The notes: generated from the letters alone by a model not told the origin. Positions 33,141-41,432 are shown, counted from the stretch's first letter. The stretch is 64,000 bases of DNA from Alphaproteobacteria bacterium (GCA_045578445.1 JAZNKG010000007.1:9838-73837), one strand, 5' to 3'. Numbers and translations: made by a program.

Positions 33141-33395
33141 ATGACAGAACATGATAAGGGACTTTGGGAAAAGACTAAGGATGTTAGTGCTGAGGCTTGG
33201 GATAAAACAAAAGATACCACTGCTAAAGCTTGGGACAAGACCAAGGAAGTAAGCGCAAAAGCATGGGATAAAACAAGAGATGCTTTTAGCGATGATGAAG
33301 ACGATAAAAAAGAAGATGAAATGGAAGATGTGGAACATCCTATGTATAATAAAGAACAAGGATGTACTCGCACTAGATTTGGAGGTAGATGGTAA
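33141..33395 (+). CDS. small hydrophilic protein with four 11-aa (A/L)W(D/E)KTKD-type repeats and an acidic tail
   Basis: SD AGGAGA 8 nt upstream and a strong terminator downstream. Repeats: LWEKTKDVSAE/AWDKTKDTTAK/AWDKTKEVSAK/AWDKTRDAFSD. Confidence 0.6.
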   Translation: MTEHDKGLWEKTKDVSAEAWDKTKDTTAKAWDKTKEVSAKAWDKTRDAFSDDEDDKKEDEMEDVEHPMYNKEQGCTRTRFGGRW

Positions 33396-33408
33396 TTATT
33401 AAAAAGAA

Positions 33409-33441
33409 ACAGACTTCCTTTTGAGGGGAAGTCTGTATTTT
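33409..33441. terminator. bidirectional terminator
   Basis: ACAGACTTCC-ttttgagg-GGAAGTCTGT followed by a T-run, between convergent small genes. Confidence 0.75.
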
Positions 33442-33463
33442 GCTTAAGCGATATTCTCGTTGT

Positions 33464-33709
33464 TTAAGCGAGGTTCTCGTTCATAGGAGCTAACTCCTCT
33501 ACATCACACCAATGATGGTGACCATGATGATGACCGTGGTGGTGATGATGATGATGGTGATGATATGGAGGTGGTGGTGGGAAGCTCATAAGAACGTCAT
33601 GTACTGCACACATTACTCCACAAGATGACGTCATCATAACTACTGAAGCGAGGATAATCGCTGTTTTAACAAATCTTTTCATAATAATCTTGAATCTAGG
33701 GTTAAACAT
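33464..33709 (-). CDS. small exported His/Pro-rich protein (possible lipoprotein)
   Basis: MKRFVKTAIILASVVMMTSSCG signal peptide with a possible lipobox, then PPPPPYHHHHHHHHHGHHHGHHHWC. His codons are mixed CAT/CAC. The start is ambiguous (33709 or 33682). Confidence 0.55.
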   Translation of the reverse strand: MFNPRFKIIMKRFVKTAIILASVVMMTSSCGVMCAVHDVLMSFPPPPPYHHHHHHHHHGHHHGHHHWCDVEELAPMNENLA

Positions 33710-33884
33710 ATCTATACATATCGGTGTTTATTATAGCATAAAAATTGTCTTTTGTCTAGTATTTTACATACTAATTTTTAAAAAAAGTTCTAAAAAATAA
33801 AAAAAAATATTTGCAAGATAAAAAAAATCAAAAAATAATTATTATGTAAATAGATGGTTTTATATTAGAAATAGGAGATGAAAA

Positions 33885-34250
33885 ATGAAGACAAGTAAAG
33901 TTTTAGCTGTAGCTGTATTAGGTGTTAGTTTTGCGATGGTTAGCAATGCTATTGCACAAAATGCCGGTGGTTTTAAAGGTCCAGGTATTGCAGATTCAAC
34001 AGTTGCTGATGCTTTAAAATTGCCTGATGATACTCCTGTTGTGTTAAAAGGTAAAATTGAGAAGAGTTTAGGTAATGAAAAATATCAATTTAATGACGGT
34101 ACAGGGGTTATTGTTGTTGAAATTGATAATGAAGATTGGAGAGGTGTAACTGTTACTCCAGAAAATACTATTGAGATTAAAGGAGAGATTGATAAAGAAA
34201 TGTTATCTGCTCCTGAAGTTGATGTTGATAGTGTAAGTGTTGTACAATAA
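33885..34250 (+). CDS. YgiW/YdeI-family periplasmic OB-fold (BOF) protein
   Basis: Signal peptide, then GGFKGPG...TVADALKLPDDTPVVLKGKIEKSLGNEKYQFNDGTGVIVVEIDNEDW, a typical BOF pattern. SD AGGAGA. Confidence 0.8.
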   Translation: MKTSKVLAVAVLGVSFAMVSNAIAQNAGGFKGPGIADSTVADALKLPDDTPVVLKGKIEKSLGNEKYQFNDGTGVIVVEIDNEDWRGVTVTPENTIEIKGEIDKEMLSAPEVDVDSVSVVQ

Positions 34251-34273
34251 TTTTTCATTACAACTTTTAAGAA

Positions 34274-34299
34274 AGGCGAAGAAAACTTCGCCTTTTTTT
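34274..34299. terminator. bidirectional terminator
   Basis: AGGCGAAG-aaaa-CTTCGCCT followed by T7. Confidence 0.75.
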
Positions 34300-35311
34300 A
34301 ACGCTCCTTTGAAGGAATTGTTGGTATATTTTCTTTTGCATTATATTTTTGATGATATGCATCTTTTATGAGTGACCTGGCATCTAAAATTCTTCCCTTT
34401 TGTGGGTGGCTTTTATCTGAATAAAAAGCATTATAAAACCCATTATATCCCTTTGCATTATTAGAAAAGCCTAAAACTAACGGCTCTTTTTCTTCATTAA
34501 ATTCATAGCACATCATAGCGTGTCCAGGCTCGTTATCGCCATTTGTAAATATAAAGATATCGCCAACTTTGACATCCGGAATATCTTTTAGTTCTCCACT
34601 TGGTGCTTCTTTTACATAAGGTTTTAAGTATTCTATTAAATCTTTTGGGTGAGCTATTTTTTCTATATCATCTAAATTGGGAAAAATATTCAAACCAAAT
34701 TTCTTTTGAAGATTATACAGGGATACAGTAATCGCTTTAGTGCAGTTACCTTTGTCCTTTTCTCCTTTAAATTTAATATTATCACCAAATTTTTTACGTA
34801 CATTATCTCTTACATCCCTCTCCCCTTTTATCTGAGATATATATTTAATATAATAGTCTTTTAACACTTTTTCTTGTTGATTAATAGGGAGCGAATCGAA
34901 CATTATTTCTAACTTTAAGTTAACCATCTGATCTACCACGCCAGTTTTATATCTTTTATATTCTTCTGATATGTCTGTACGTGCTTGTATCCTTTCTCTA
35001 TCTGCCATGCGTTTTTTTATTAACTCGCTAACTTCAGGCTTGTCTTTATAGTAGCTTCTCATAGCTCGATATTTTTCCTCGCATTCAAATGTTGTATATC
35101 TGCTATGTCCTGTTTTATTACCTTTTCTTTCTTTATATTTATCTTCTTTTATACATAATTCTCTTATGATCTTTTTGAGTTCTTTTAATGGCACATCTTT
35201 ATATTCTGCGGAAATTGTTTTATCATTCTCAATAGCATCTTGATTAAGTTTTTTTACTTCGTCAACGTAATAATCGTAAATTTCTTTTAATGTCGGTTTA
35301 TATTTACCCAT
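34298..35311 (-). CDS. hypothetical protein with possible papain-like (NlpC/P60-type) Cys/His C-terminal domain
   Basis: 337 aa with no signal peptide and a charged helical N-terminal half. C-terminal half carries KGNCTKAI ... VGDIFIFTNGDNEPGHAMMCYEF, matching the Cys...GD(hydrophobic)3...GH order of NlpC/P60-like enzymes. By-eye call only. Confidence 0.55.
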   Translation of the reverse strand: MGKYKPTLKEIYDYYVDEVKKLNQDAIENDKTISAEYKDVPLKELKKIIRELCIKEDKYKERKGNKTGHSRYTTFECEEKYRAMRSYYKDKPEVSELIKKRMADRERIQARTDISEEYKRYKTGVVDQMVNLKLEIMFDSLPINQQEKVLKDYYIKYISQIKGERDVRDNVRKKFGDNIKFKGEKDKGNCTKAITVSLYNLQKKFGLNIFPNLDDIEKIAHPKDLIEYLKPYVKEAPSGELKDIPDVKVGDIFIFTNGDNEPGHAMMCYEFNEEKEPLVLGFSNNAKGYNGFYNAFYSDKSHPQKGRILDARSLIKDAYHQKYNAKENIPTIPSKER

Positions 35312-35397
35312 AGCTCTCTCCCAATATTAGGATAAGCTTATCATTTTTTTATTATTTTTGCAAGAATTTATTTTATGCGAATCGAAACATCATCTGT

Positions 35398-36171
35398 TTA
35401 TATTTCAATATCCATACCATCATAAGCGAGACTAAAATTTTCTGGTAGGTATTTTTGGAAATCATCATAGTCTACACGCCAAGAAAGATGAGATAATATA
35501 ACCTTTTTAGGGGTTATTATAGATGTCACCTCTTTTACTTTATCTAGATATGCATGTCCGGTACTTTCTTGCGTTAGACCATCATTACATTCAATTATTA
35601 GCAAATCTAAATTATGCAATAAATCTAATGCTTCATCTGATATTTCTGACCAATCAGTTACATAGGCAAAATTTTTATAACGAAAACCTGATGGATGAAG
35701 CTTGTGATGAAATACTGTAAATGTTGTAAATTTTATATCGCCAATTTTAACCTCTCCAAAATCAGGAATTTCTTTCCAATGTAGTAATATACTATTTGGC
35801 TCTGCATCCGCTTTTGCATTAAATAGATAGCTAAAATTTGATTTGATACCTGAAAGAGTTTCTTGAGTAGCATATATGTTTATACCGTGGTCTAAAATTT
35901 TTGCTGCACGAGGTAATTCTGGTATTCCTCCTGTATGGTCATAATGTCCATGGGTTATAAAAACTGCGTCTATATTGGTTATATTATTTTTATTGATTTG
36001 TGTTCTTAACTCTGGGCTGGCATCAACTAATATATTATAGCCATCTATATCTAAGAACAATGATGCTCTTGTGCGATTATTTTTGGGATTATTGGGGTTT
36101 AATCGTCCCCAAGAATTAAATATCATGGGGGCACCAAATGCAGAACCAGAACCTAATATTTTTACTTTCAT
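35398..36171 (-). CDS. MBL-fold metallo-hydrolase
   Basis: ITHGHYDHTGG (HxHxDH motif), later H and D ligands. SD AAAGGAG. Confidence 0.85.
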   Translation of the reverse strand: MKVKILGSGSAFGAPMIFNSWGRLNPNNPKNNRTRASLFLDIDGYNILVDASPELRTQINKNNITNIDAVFITHGHYDHTGGIPELPRAAKILDHGINIYATQETLSGIKSNFSYLFNAKADAEPNSILLHWKEIPDFGEVKIGDIKFTTFTVFHHKLHPSGFRYKNFAYVTDWSEISDEALDLLHNLDLLIIECNDGLTQESTGHAYLDKVKEVTSIITPKKVILSHLSWRVDYDDFQKYLPENFSLAYDGMDIEI

Positions 36172-36272
36172 ATCCTACTCCTTTGTTATGTTTATTGTAT
36201 TTATGCATTTTAATTTGTGTCAAGGTATTTTTTAGGTATTGACATTTTTGATTTTGGTGTTAATCTATAATT

Positions 36273-36307
36273 GTTCTTGATGCTCGAAGGGCTTATGGGC
36301 ATAGAAC
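36273..36307 (+). promoter_or_regulatory. structured element A: hairpin presenting the loop GAAGGGCTTAT in the 5' region of the NAD operon
   Basis: GTTCT-tg-ATGCTC[GAAGGGCTTAT]GGGCAT-AGAAC: a 5-bp lower stem, a 2-nt 5' bulge, a 6-bp upper stem and an 11-nt loop. Confidence 0.45.
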
Positions 36308-36394
36308 ATTAACAAACCGAGCCAGTTTGATGAGATTTATAAAAAGAGGTTTATTTAAATTTCGTTGACGGCTCCTGATAAAAGGAGTTTTTTT

Positions 36395-36937
36395 ATGACT
36401 AATTTCAAGTATATTCATGGTCTTAGTATTATGAGGGCTCAACCTTTTCATATTGGGCATCAAAAACTTATTGACCAAATGCTGAGTGAATGCGAACGTG
36501 TTACTATTGTTTTGGGTTCTATTCAAGAGCATGGAACAGAGCGTAATCCTTTAAACTATACTACTCGCAAAAAGATGATACAAAACATATATCGTTCTAA
36601 ACCTGAATATGATAGGTTAAAGATTGTTGGTTTATTTGATATCAATAATCCAGCTGAATGGGGCGAATATGTATTAGACTTCATTAATGAGAGTTTTCCT
36701 GATTTGCCTAAACCTGATGTTTATTATGCGGGTTCTTCATATGATGCGCATTGGTTTAAGGATTGTTTTAAGCATATTGAACTTGTTGATAGAACAGACC
36801 CAGACTTTCCATTTGTTACAGGAACTATGGTTCGTGATATGATTAAGTTTGGTGATGCAAGGTGGAAAAACTTTATTGCTCCAGAAAACTATCATATTGT
36901 TGAGGAAAATTTTAATAAGAAAAAAGGTATTATTTAA
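36395..36937 (+). CDS. nadM: nicotinamide/nicotinate-mononucleotide adenylyltransferase, archaeal/NadM type
   Basis: MRAQPFHIGHQKLI ((T/H)xGH motif) and VLGSIQEHGTERNPLNYTTRKKMI match the NadM-type pattern GRFQPFH.GH...GSAQ.S.T..NPFT..ER. SD AAAGGAG before ATG 36395. Confidence 0.72.
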   Translation: MTNFKYIHGLSIMRAQPFHIGHQKLIDQMLSECERVTIVLGSIQEHGTERNPLNYTTRKKMIQNIYRSKPEYDRLKIVGLFDINNPAEWGEYVLDFINESFPDLPKPDVYYAGSSYDAHWFKDCFKHIELVDRTDPDFPFVTGTMVRDMIKFGDARWKNFIAPENYHIVEENFNKKKGII

Positions 36938-36950
36938 GATTTTTTATTAA

Positions 36951-36987
36951 AGCCTGCGTCTTCTGAAGGGCTTATAGAAGACAGGCT
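36951..36987 (+). promoter_or_regulatory. structured element B: second hairpin with the identical GAAGGGCTTAT loop, between nadM-type gene and pncA
   Basis: AGCCT-gc-GTCTTCT[GAAGGGCTTAT]AGAAGAC-AGGCT. The architecture matches element A but the stem sequence differs completely. ATAAGCC (37001-37007), complementary to the loop 3' half, abuts the pncA SD GAAGGGA. Confidence 0.45.
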
Positions 36988-37025
36988 AGTTGTTAACCCG
37001 ATAAGCCTTGAAGGGAATTTTTAAG

Positions 37026-37649
37026 ATGAATAAACGTATTTTAATGAGAGTGGACTTTCAGAATGACTTTGTTCACTCTGATGGTGCATTAACCATAAAT
37101 CAACCTGAATTGATAGAAAAACATCAGAAATTTGCTAATAGCTTATTTAGCAATACTTTTGATGAAATTATCGATACTTATGATACACATTTTGCTGATA
37201 CATTTGATAATACTTTAGAAGGAAAACAATTTCCACTACATTGTGTTTATGGTACTTGGGGATGGGAACAGGCTGCACCTTTTAAACCTGAACTTGAAGT
37301 TACAAAAATGTATAAATCTACTACAAATCTTTGGAATGAAGAAAATGCTTATCAAGAACTTAAAGAGGACTGGAAAGATAAAGATGTTTATCTTTGCGGT
37401 GTATTAAGTGATATTTGTGTTGTTCAAGCTATGAATGGACTTTTGAAAAAAGGTGCAAACGTGATTATTCTTGAAGACTTATGTATGGGAATAAAAAAAC
37501 AAATGTCTGATATTTTGCAAAAAGATTGCTACGATAAGCTTATAAAAGAAGGGAGACTGAAGAGTATAACTTCCCAACAATTTTTTCGCTCTATATTGTT
37601 AGATAAAAAAATACAACACAATTTAGTTAATAGAAGTTTAGGAGAATAG
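37026..37649 (+). CDS. pncA: nicotinamidase (isochorismatase-fold)
   Basis: RVDFQNDF, later K, and LCGVLSDICV (catalytic Cys context). The operon context also supports the call. ATG 37026 is preferred (SD GAAGGGA) over the TTG at 37008. Confidence 0.82.
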   Translation: MNKRILMRVDFQNDFVHSDGALTINQPELIEKHQKFANSLFSNTFDEIIDTYDTHFADTFDNTLEGKQFPLHCVYGTWGWEQAAPFKPELEVTKMYKSTTNLWNEENAYQELKEDWKDKDVYLCGVLSDICVVQAMNGLLKKGANVIILEDLCMGIKKQMSDILQKDCYDKLIKEGRLKSITSQQFFRSILLDKKIQHNLVNRSLGE

Positions 37650-37651
37650 AT

Positions 37652-39166
37652 ATGAGAAACGATTTTAATAACACAAGACCAAGTATTTTAGAAAATGGAA
37701 CACCTTTATTTTGTGATTTATATCATTTAACAATGGCTCAAGCTTGGTTTTTAGATGGCAAAGCGGAAGAAATTAAAACTTCTGAGGCTTTTTTTAGAAG
37801 ATGTCCTTTTGGTGGAAGTTATTTATTAGCTGCAGGATTAGCTGAATTTTCTCAATGGCTTAATAATTGGCATTTCAGCGATGATGATATTAAATATCTA
37901 AAAAGCTTAAAAAATGCTGATGGATCAAATAGGTTTGATGAGAAATTCTTAGAGTTTGTAAAAAATGATAAACTCAGAGTTTCTATTAAAGCTGTTAATG
38001 AAGGAGAAGTTGTGTTCCCTAACGAACCAATCTACTCTGTAACAGGTCCTTGTTGGCAAGTTGAAGTAATTGAAGCGGCTTTGTTAAATATCTTCAACTC
38101 ACAAAGTTTAATTGCTACTAAAGCTTCTCGTATAGCTAGAGCTTCTTCTTTAGATGGTGTGCAACGTCCTTTGTTAGAGTTTGGATTAAGACGTGGGCAA
38201 GAACTTGGTTGTTTTAGTGCAACAAGAGCATCTATTATCGGTGGAGCAACTGGTACTTCTAATGTGGCAGCTGGTAAGCATTATGGTATACCTGTTAGCG
38301 GTACTATGGCACACTCTTTCATTATGAGCTATGAAAGTGAGCTTGATGCATTTAAGGCTTATATGAAAACATCTCAAGGTAATACAACTCTTTTAGTTGA
38401 TACTTATGATACTAGGGAGGGTATTAAAAATGCCATTAGAGCAGCAAAAGAGACAGGTATTAAGCTTATGGGTATGCGAATCGACTCTGGAGATTTGGCG
38501 TATTGGGCAAAAGAAGCTCGTAAAATTATTGATGAAGAACTTGAAACAATAGAAGATAAGAGCTTGATTTCTGATGTTAAATTAATTGCTTCTAATGATT
38601 TGGATGAGTATGCTATTGAAAACTTAGTAATGGTACAACGTGCTCCTTATGATATTTTTGCAGCAGGTACAAAGCTCGTTACAGCTTATGACTGTCCTGC
38701 TCTTGGCGGTGTGTTTAAAACAAAACGTTATAATGGAGAGCCAAAAATTAAAATTGCTGAAGGTAAAACTACTATTCCTGGCGATACAGATGTGGTTCGT
38801 ATTATAAGAAATGGTAAATATGAAGGTGATATTATTTGTCGCGCTAAAGATAAAGTAGTTGAAAATGGAAAACTAATAAATGATATTACATCATATACTG
38901 TTGGCAGTCAAAATATGGCAAAAGCTGTTTTCAATAAAGGTGAAATGGCATATACTTTGCTTCAACCTTTAATGGAAGACGGTAAATTTGTGAGTATTCC
39001 TGAATTTGACGTTAATGTTTTACAAAAACGTGCTAAAGATAACTTAGCAATGCTTGATGAATCACATAAAAGACTTTCTAATCCTCATATTTATGGTGTT
39101 GGATTAGAAAGTAGGTTATTTGATTTGCAACAAAATTTAATTAAAGCTCATAGTGGGAGGGAATAA
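37652..39166 (+). CDS. pncB: nicotinate phosphoribosyltransferase
   Basis: DLYHLTMAQAW N-terminal motif, GTMAHSF, ~500 aa. SD AGGAGA. Confidence 0.88.
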   Translation: MRNDFNNTRPSILENGTPLFCDLYHLTMAQAWFLDGKAEEIKTSEAFFRRCPFGGSYLLAAGLAEFSQWLNNWHFSDDDIKYLKSLKNADGSNRFDEKFLEFVKNDKLRVSIKAVNEGEVVFPNEPIYSVTGPCWQVEVIEAALLNIFNSQSLIATKASRIARASSLDGVQRPLLEFGLRRGQELGCFSATRASIIGGATGTSNVAAGKHYGIPVSGTMAHSFIMSYESELDAFKAYMKTSQGNTTLLVDTYDTREGIKNAIRAAKETGIKLMGMRIDSGDLAYWAKEARKIIDEELETIEDKSLISDVKLIASNDLDEYAIENLVMVQRAPYDIFAAGTKLVTAYDCPALGGVFKTKRYNGEPKIKIAEGKTTIPGDTDVVRIIRNGKYEGDIICRAKDKVVENGKLINDITSYTVGSQNMAKAVFNKGEMAYTLLQPLMEDGKFVSIPEFDVNVLQKRAKDNLAMLDESHKRLSNPHIYGVGLESRLFDLQQNLIKAHSGRE

Positions 39167-39939
39167 TGGAAGAACTTTGGAACAAACTAAAACTTGGTTT
39201 AAAAAATTATTGCGATAACAATGGATTTAATAAAGCTATTTTGGGATTATCCGGAGGGCTTGACTCTGCAATTTGTGCGGTACTTGCTAGAGATGTATTA
39301 GGCGGTAAAAATGTAAAGTCAATTATGATGAAAACAAAGTATACTTCTGATTTGAGTCTAAAAATTGCTAGAGAAATTGCTGAGCTTAACAATCTGGATT
39401 ATCAAGAAATTGATATTGAGGATATCGTTTCAAGAGAGGTTGATTTTCTAAAAAACAGCTTTAACGAAGATGTTAAAGGAATTGTTATTGAAAATTTGCA
39501 AGCTCGTATTAGAGGACAGATTTTAATGGCTTATTCTAATCAATTTGGCGGTCTTGTTTTAGCTTGTGGAAATAAATCGGAAGCTCATACAGGTTATTGT
39601 ACCTTATACGGCGATACTTGTGGAGGTATTATGCCGATTGGTGATGTTTATAAAACAACAATTTTTGAACTTGCTAAATGGAGAAATTCTCTTGGTTATG
39701 CTTTGCCAAATGAAGTTATAACAAGAGCGCCTTCAGCTGAGCTTGCTGAAGGGCAAAAAGATGAAAATTCTTTGCCTCCCTATCCTATTTTAGATGCAAT
39801 ACTAAAACAGCTTGTTGATGAGAATAAATTAGTGTCTGAAATTTATGATTTTGATGCTAAATTAGTTGAACGAGTTGATAATTTAGTTAAACGTTCGGCA
39901 TTTAAACGAGCACAGATGGCTAAACCAATTAAAGTTTAA
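39166..39939 (+). CDS. nadE: NH3-dependent NAD+ synthetase
   Basis: PP-loop LGLSGGLDSA, NLQARIRG, GNKSE...GY.TLYGD. The start overlaps the pncB stop (TAATG). Confidence 0.92.
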   Translation: MEELWNKLKLGLKNYCDNNGFNKAILGLSGGLDSAICAVLARDVLGGKNVKSIMMKTKYTSDLSLKIAREIAELNNLDYQEIDIEDIVSREVDFLKNSFNEDVKGIVIENLQARIRGQILMAYSNQFGGLVLACGNKSEAHTGYCTLYGDTCGGIMPIGDVYKTTIFELAKWRNSLGYALPNEVITRAPSAELAEGQKDENSLPPYPILDAILKQLVDENKLVSEIYDFDAKLVERVDNLVKRSAFKRAQMAKPIKV

Positions 39940-39964
39940 TTATTGTTTTATAATGATATTTTGC

Positions 39965-40005
39965 ATCCCTCTTTTATCTATGAGTGTAAAAGAGGGATTA
40001 TTTGT
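39965..40005 (+). terminator. rho-independent terminator of the NAD operon
   Basis: ATCCCTCTTTTA-(10 nt)-TAAAAGAGGGAT (12-bp stem) followed by a T-rich tract. Confidence 0.7.
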
Positions 40006-40115
40006 TAATACAATCTAAGTCTTTGAAATATTAAAAAAGAGGTGTTGACATTGTGTAAATAGTGATATAAGTTATGTGGCGTGTTTAATTTTTAGAGGTA
40101 AAAAAATAAACTGAC

Positions 40116-41432
40116 ATGAGTCTGTTATACATTTTTTTGGTTTTGTTTTTAGTTTTTTGTAACGCTTTTTTTGTTGTTTCTGAGTTTGCTATTGTTAAGA
40201 TGCGTCGTACTCGTTTAGAAGAGCTTGTACACTCTGGTAGTAAGCGCGCAAAAATTGCATTGAGAATTAATGAACATTTGAATACTTATTTGAGTGCAAC
40301 CCAACTTGGTATTACTTTAGCTTCATTGGGCTTAGGTTGGATTGGTGAACCTGCTGTTTCTAGATTATTAGAAGCTCTTTTAGCTGATTACTTTGTTGGT
40401 AAAGAAGTTTTATTACATTCTATTAGCTTTGGTGTTGCTTTTACATTGATTACTTTATTACACGTTGTATTAGGTGAGCTTGTACCAAAGACTATGGCTA
40501 TTTTGGATACAGAAAAATACACACTGCTTATTGCTGTTCCTTTGTATACATTTAATAAAATTTGTACTCCTATTATTTGGGCATTTGATCATTTGTCTTT
40601 ATGGATACTTAAAGTTATGGGTATGCAAGCTGCTGATGAAAGTGAAGAAGCTCACTCAGAAGAAGAAATTAAGCTTATAATAGATGCTTCTCAAAAAGTT
40701 GGCGTAATTGATGATACAGAGAGTGAAATTATTCAGAATGCTATCAGTTTTTCTGAAATATGTGCTCATGAAATTATGATTCCAAGACAAGATATGGTTT
40801 GTATTTATCAAAACTCATCTTTTAATGAAATTATGGAATTAGTAAAACAAAATAAGCACACACGTTTTCCTCTTTGTAATGGAGATAAAGACCAAATTTT
40901 GGGTATGATTCACATTCGTGATTTGTTAGAATTTCAAGATACACAACACAAAGATATTTTGAACAAAATTGTTCGTAAAATATTGTTTGTACCAGAAAAT
41001 AAATCTGTTTCTGAAATTTTGCATGAGATGATGAAAAAACGTATTCATTTAGCGATTGTGGTTGATGAATATGGCGGTACTGCAGGTTTATTATCTATGG
41101 AAGATATTTTAGAAGAGCTTGTTGGTGATATTCGTGATGAACATGACGTAGCTTGTCCTGAACCGGTTAAGAAGATAAATGAGAAAGTATGCGAATTTGA
41201 CGGTTTATATTTGGTTGAAGATGCATACGATTGTTTAGACTTGCCATATTGCGAACATGAAGAAAGCACTATGGGAGGATATTTATTTAACCTTCTTGGA
41301 CGCGAACCACAAGTTGGTGATAAAGCTGACGATGATTATTGCGACTATGAGGTTATGGCAGTAGATAATATGCGTATTACACGCGTTAAAACTACTGTTA
41401 AAGATAATCCGACAAAGAAAGAGGAAGACTAG
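40116..41432 (+). CDS. CNNM/DUF21-CBS-CorC_HlyC family protein (TlyC/CorC-like)
   Basis: N-terminal 4-TM DUF21 (FVVSEFAIV..RR.RL), a CBS pair (IMIPRQDMV..., HLAIVVDEYGGTAGLLSMEDILEELVGDI) and a C-terminal CorC_HlyC-like segment. Confidence 0.88.
   Translation: MSLLYIFLVLFLVFCNAFFVVSEFAIVKMRRTRLEELVHSGSKRAKIALRINEHLNTYLSATQLGITLASLGLGWIGEPAVSRLLEALLADYFVGKEVLLHSISFGVAFTLITLLHVVLGELVPKTMAILDTEKYTLLIAVPLYTFNKICTPIIWAFDHLSLWILKVMGMQAADESEEAHSEEEIKLIIDASQKVGVIDDTESEIIQNAISFSEICAHEIMIPRQDMVCIYQNSSFNEIMELVKQNKHTRFPLCNGDKDQILGMIHIRDLLEFQDTQHKDILNKIVRKILFVPENKSVSEILHEMMKKRIHLAIVVDEYGGTAGLLSMEDILEELVGDIRDEHDVACPEPVKKINEKVCEFDGLYLVEDAYDCLDLPYCEHEESTMGGYLFNLLGREPQVGDKADDDYCDYEVMAVDNMRITRVKTTVKDNPTKKEED

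Noticed and set aside
33012-33373. Two minus-strand ORFs (115 and 88 aa) overlapping the 11-mer-repeat protein gene.
   Set aside because: Their translations are low-complexity hydrophobic or Ser-rich strings (FFFIVFII..., SSSSLKASLV...), mirror images of the periodic plus-strand repeat. Only the plus-strand ORF has an SD and a terminator.
33520-33590. Poly-His run as a possible cloning-vector or His-tag contamination.
   Set aside because: The run is internal and interrupted by Gly. It uses mixed CAT/CAC codons and is embedded in a native-looking signal-peptide ORF with a native terminator. No vector-like flanks are present.
36273-37016. Assignment of the conserved-loop hairpins to a known NAD+ riboswitch class (nadA or pnuC motifs).
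   Set aside because: I cannot match the elements to the conserved cores of those classes from memory. They are left as an unclassified structured motif pending covariance-model searches.
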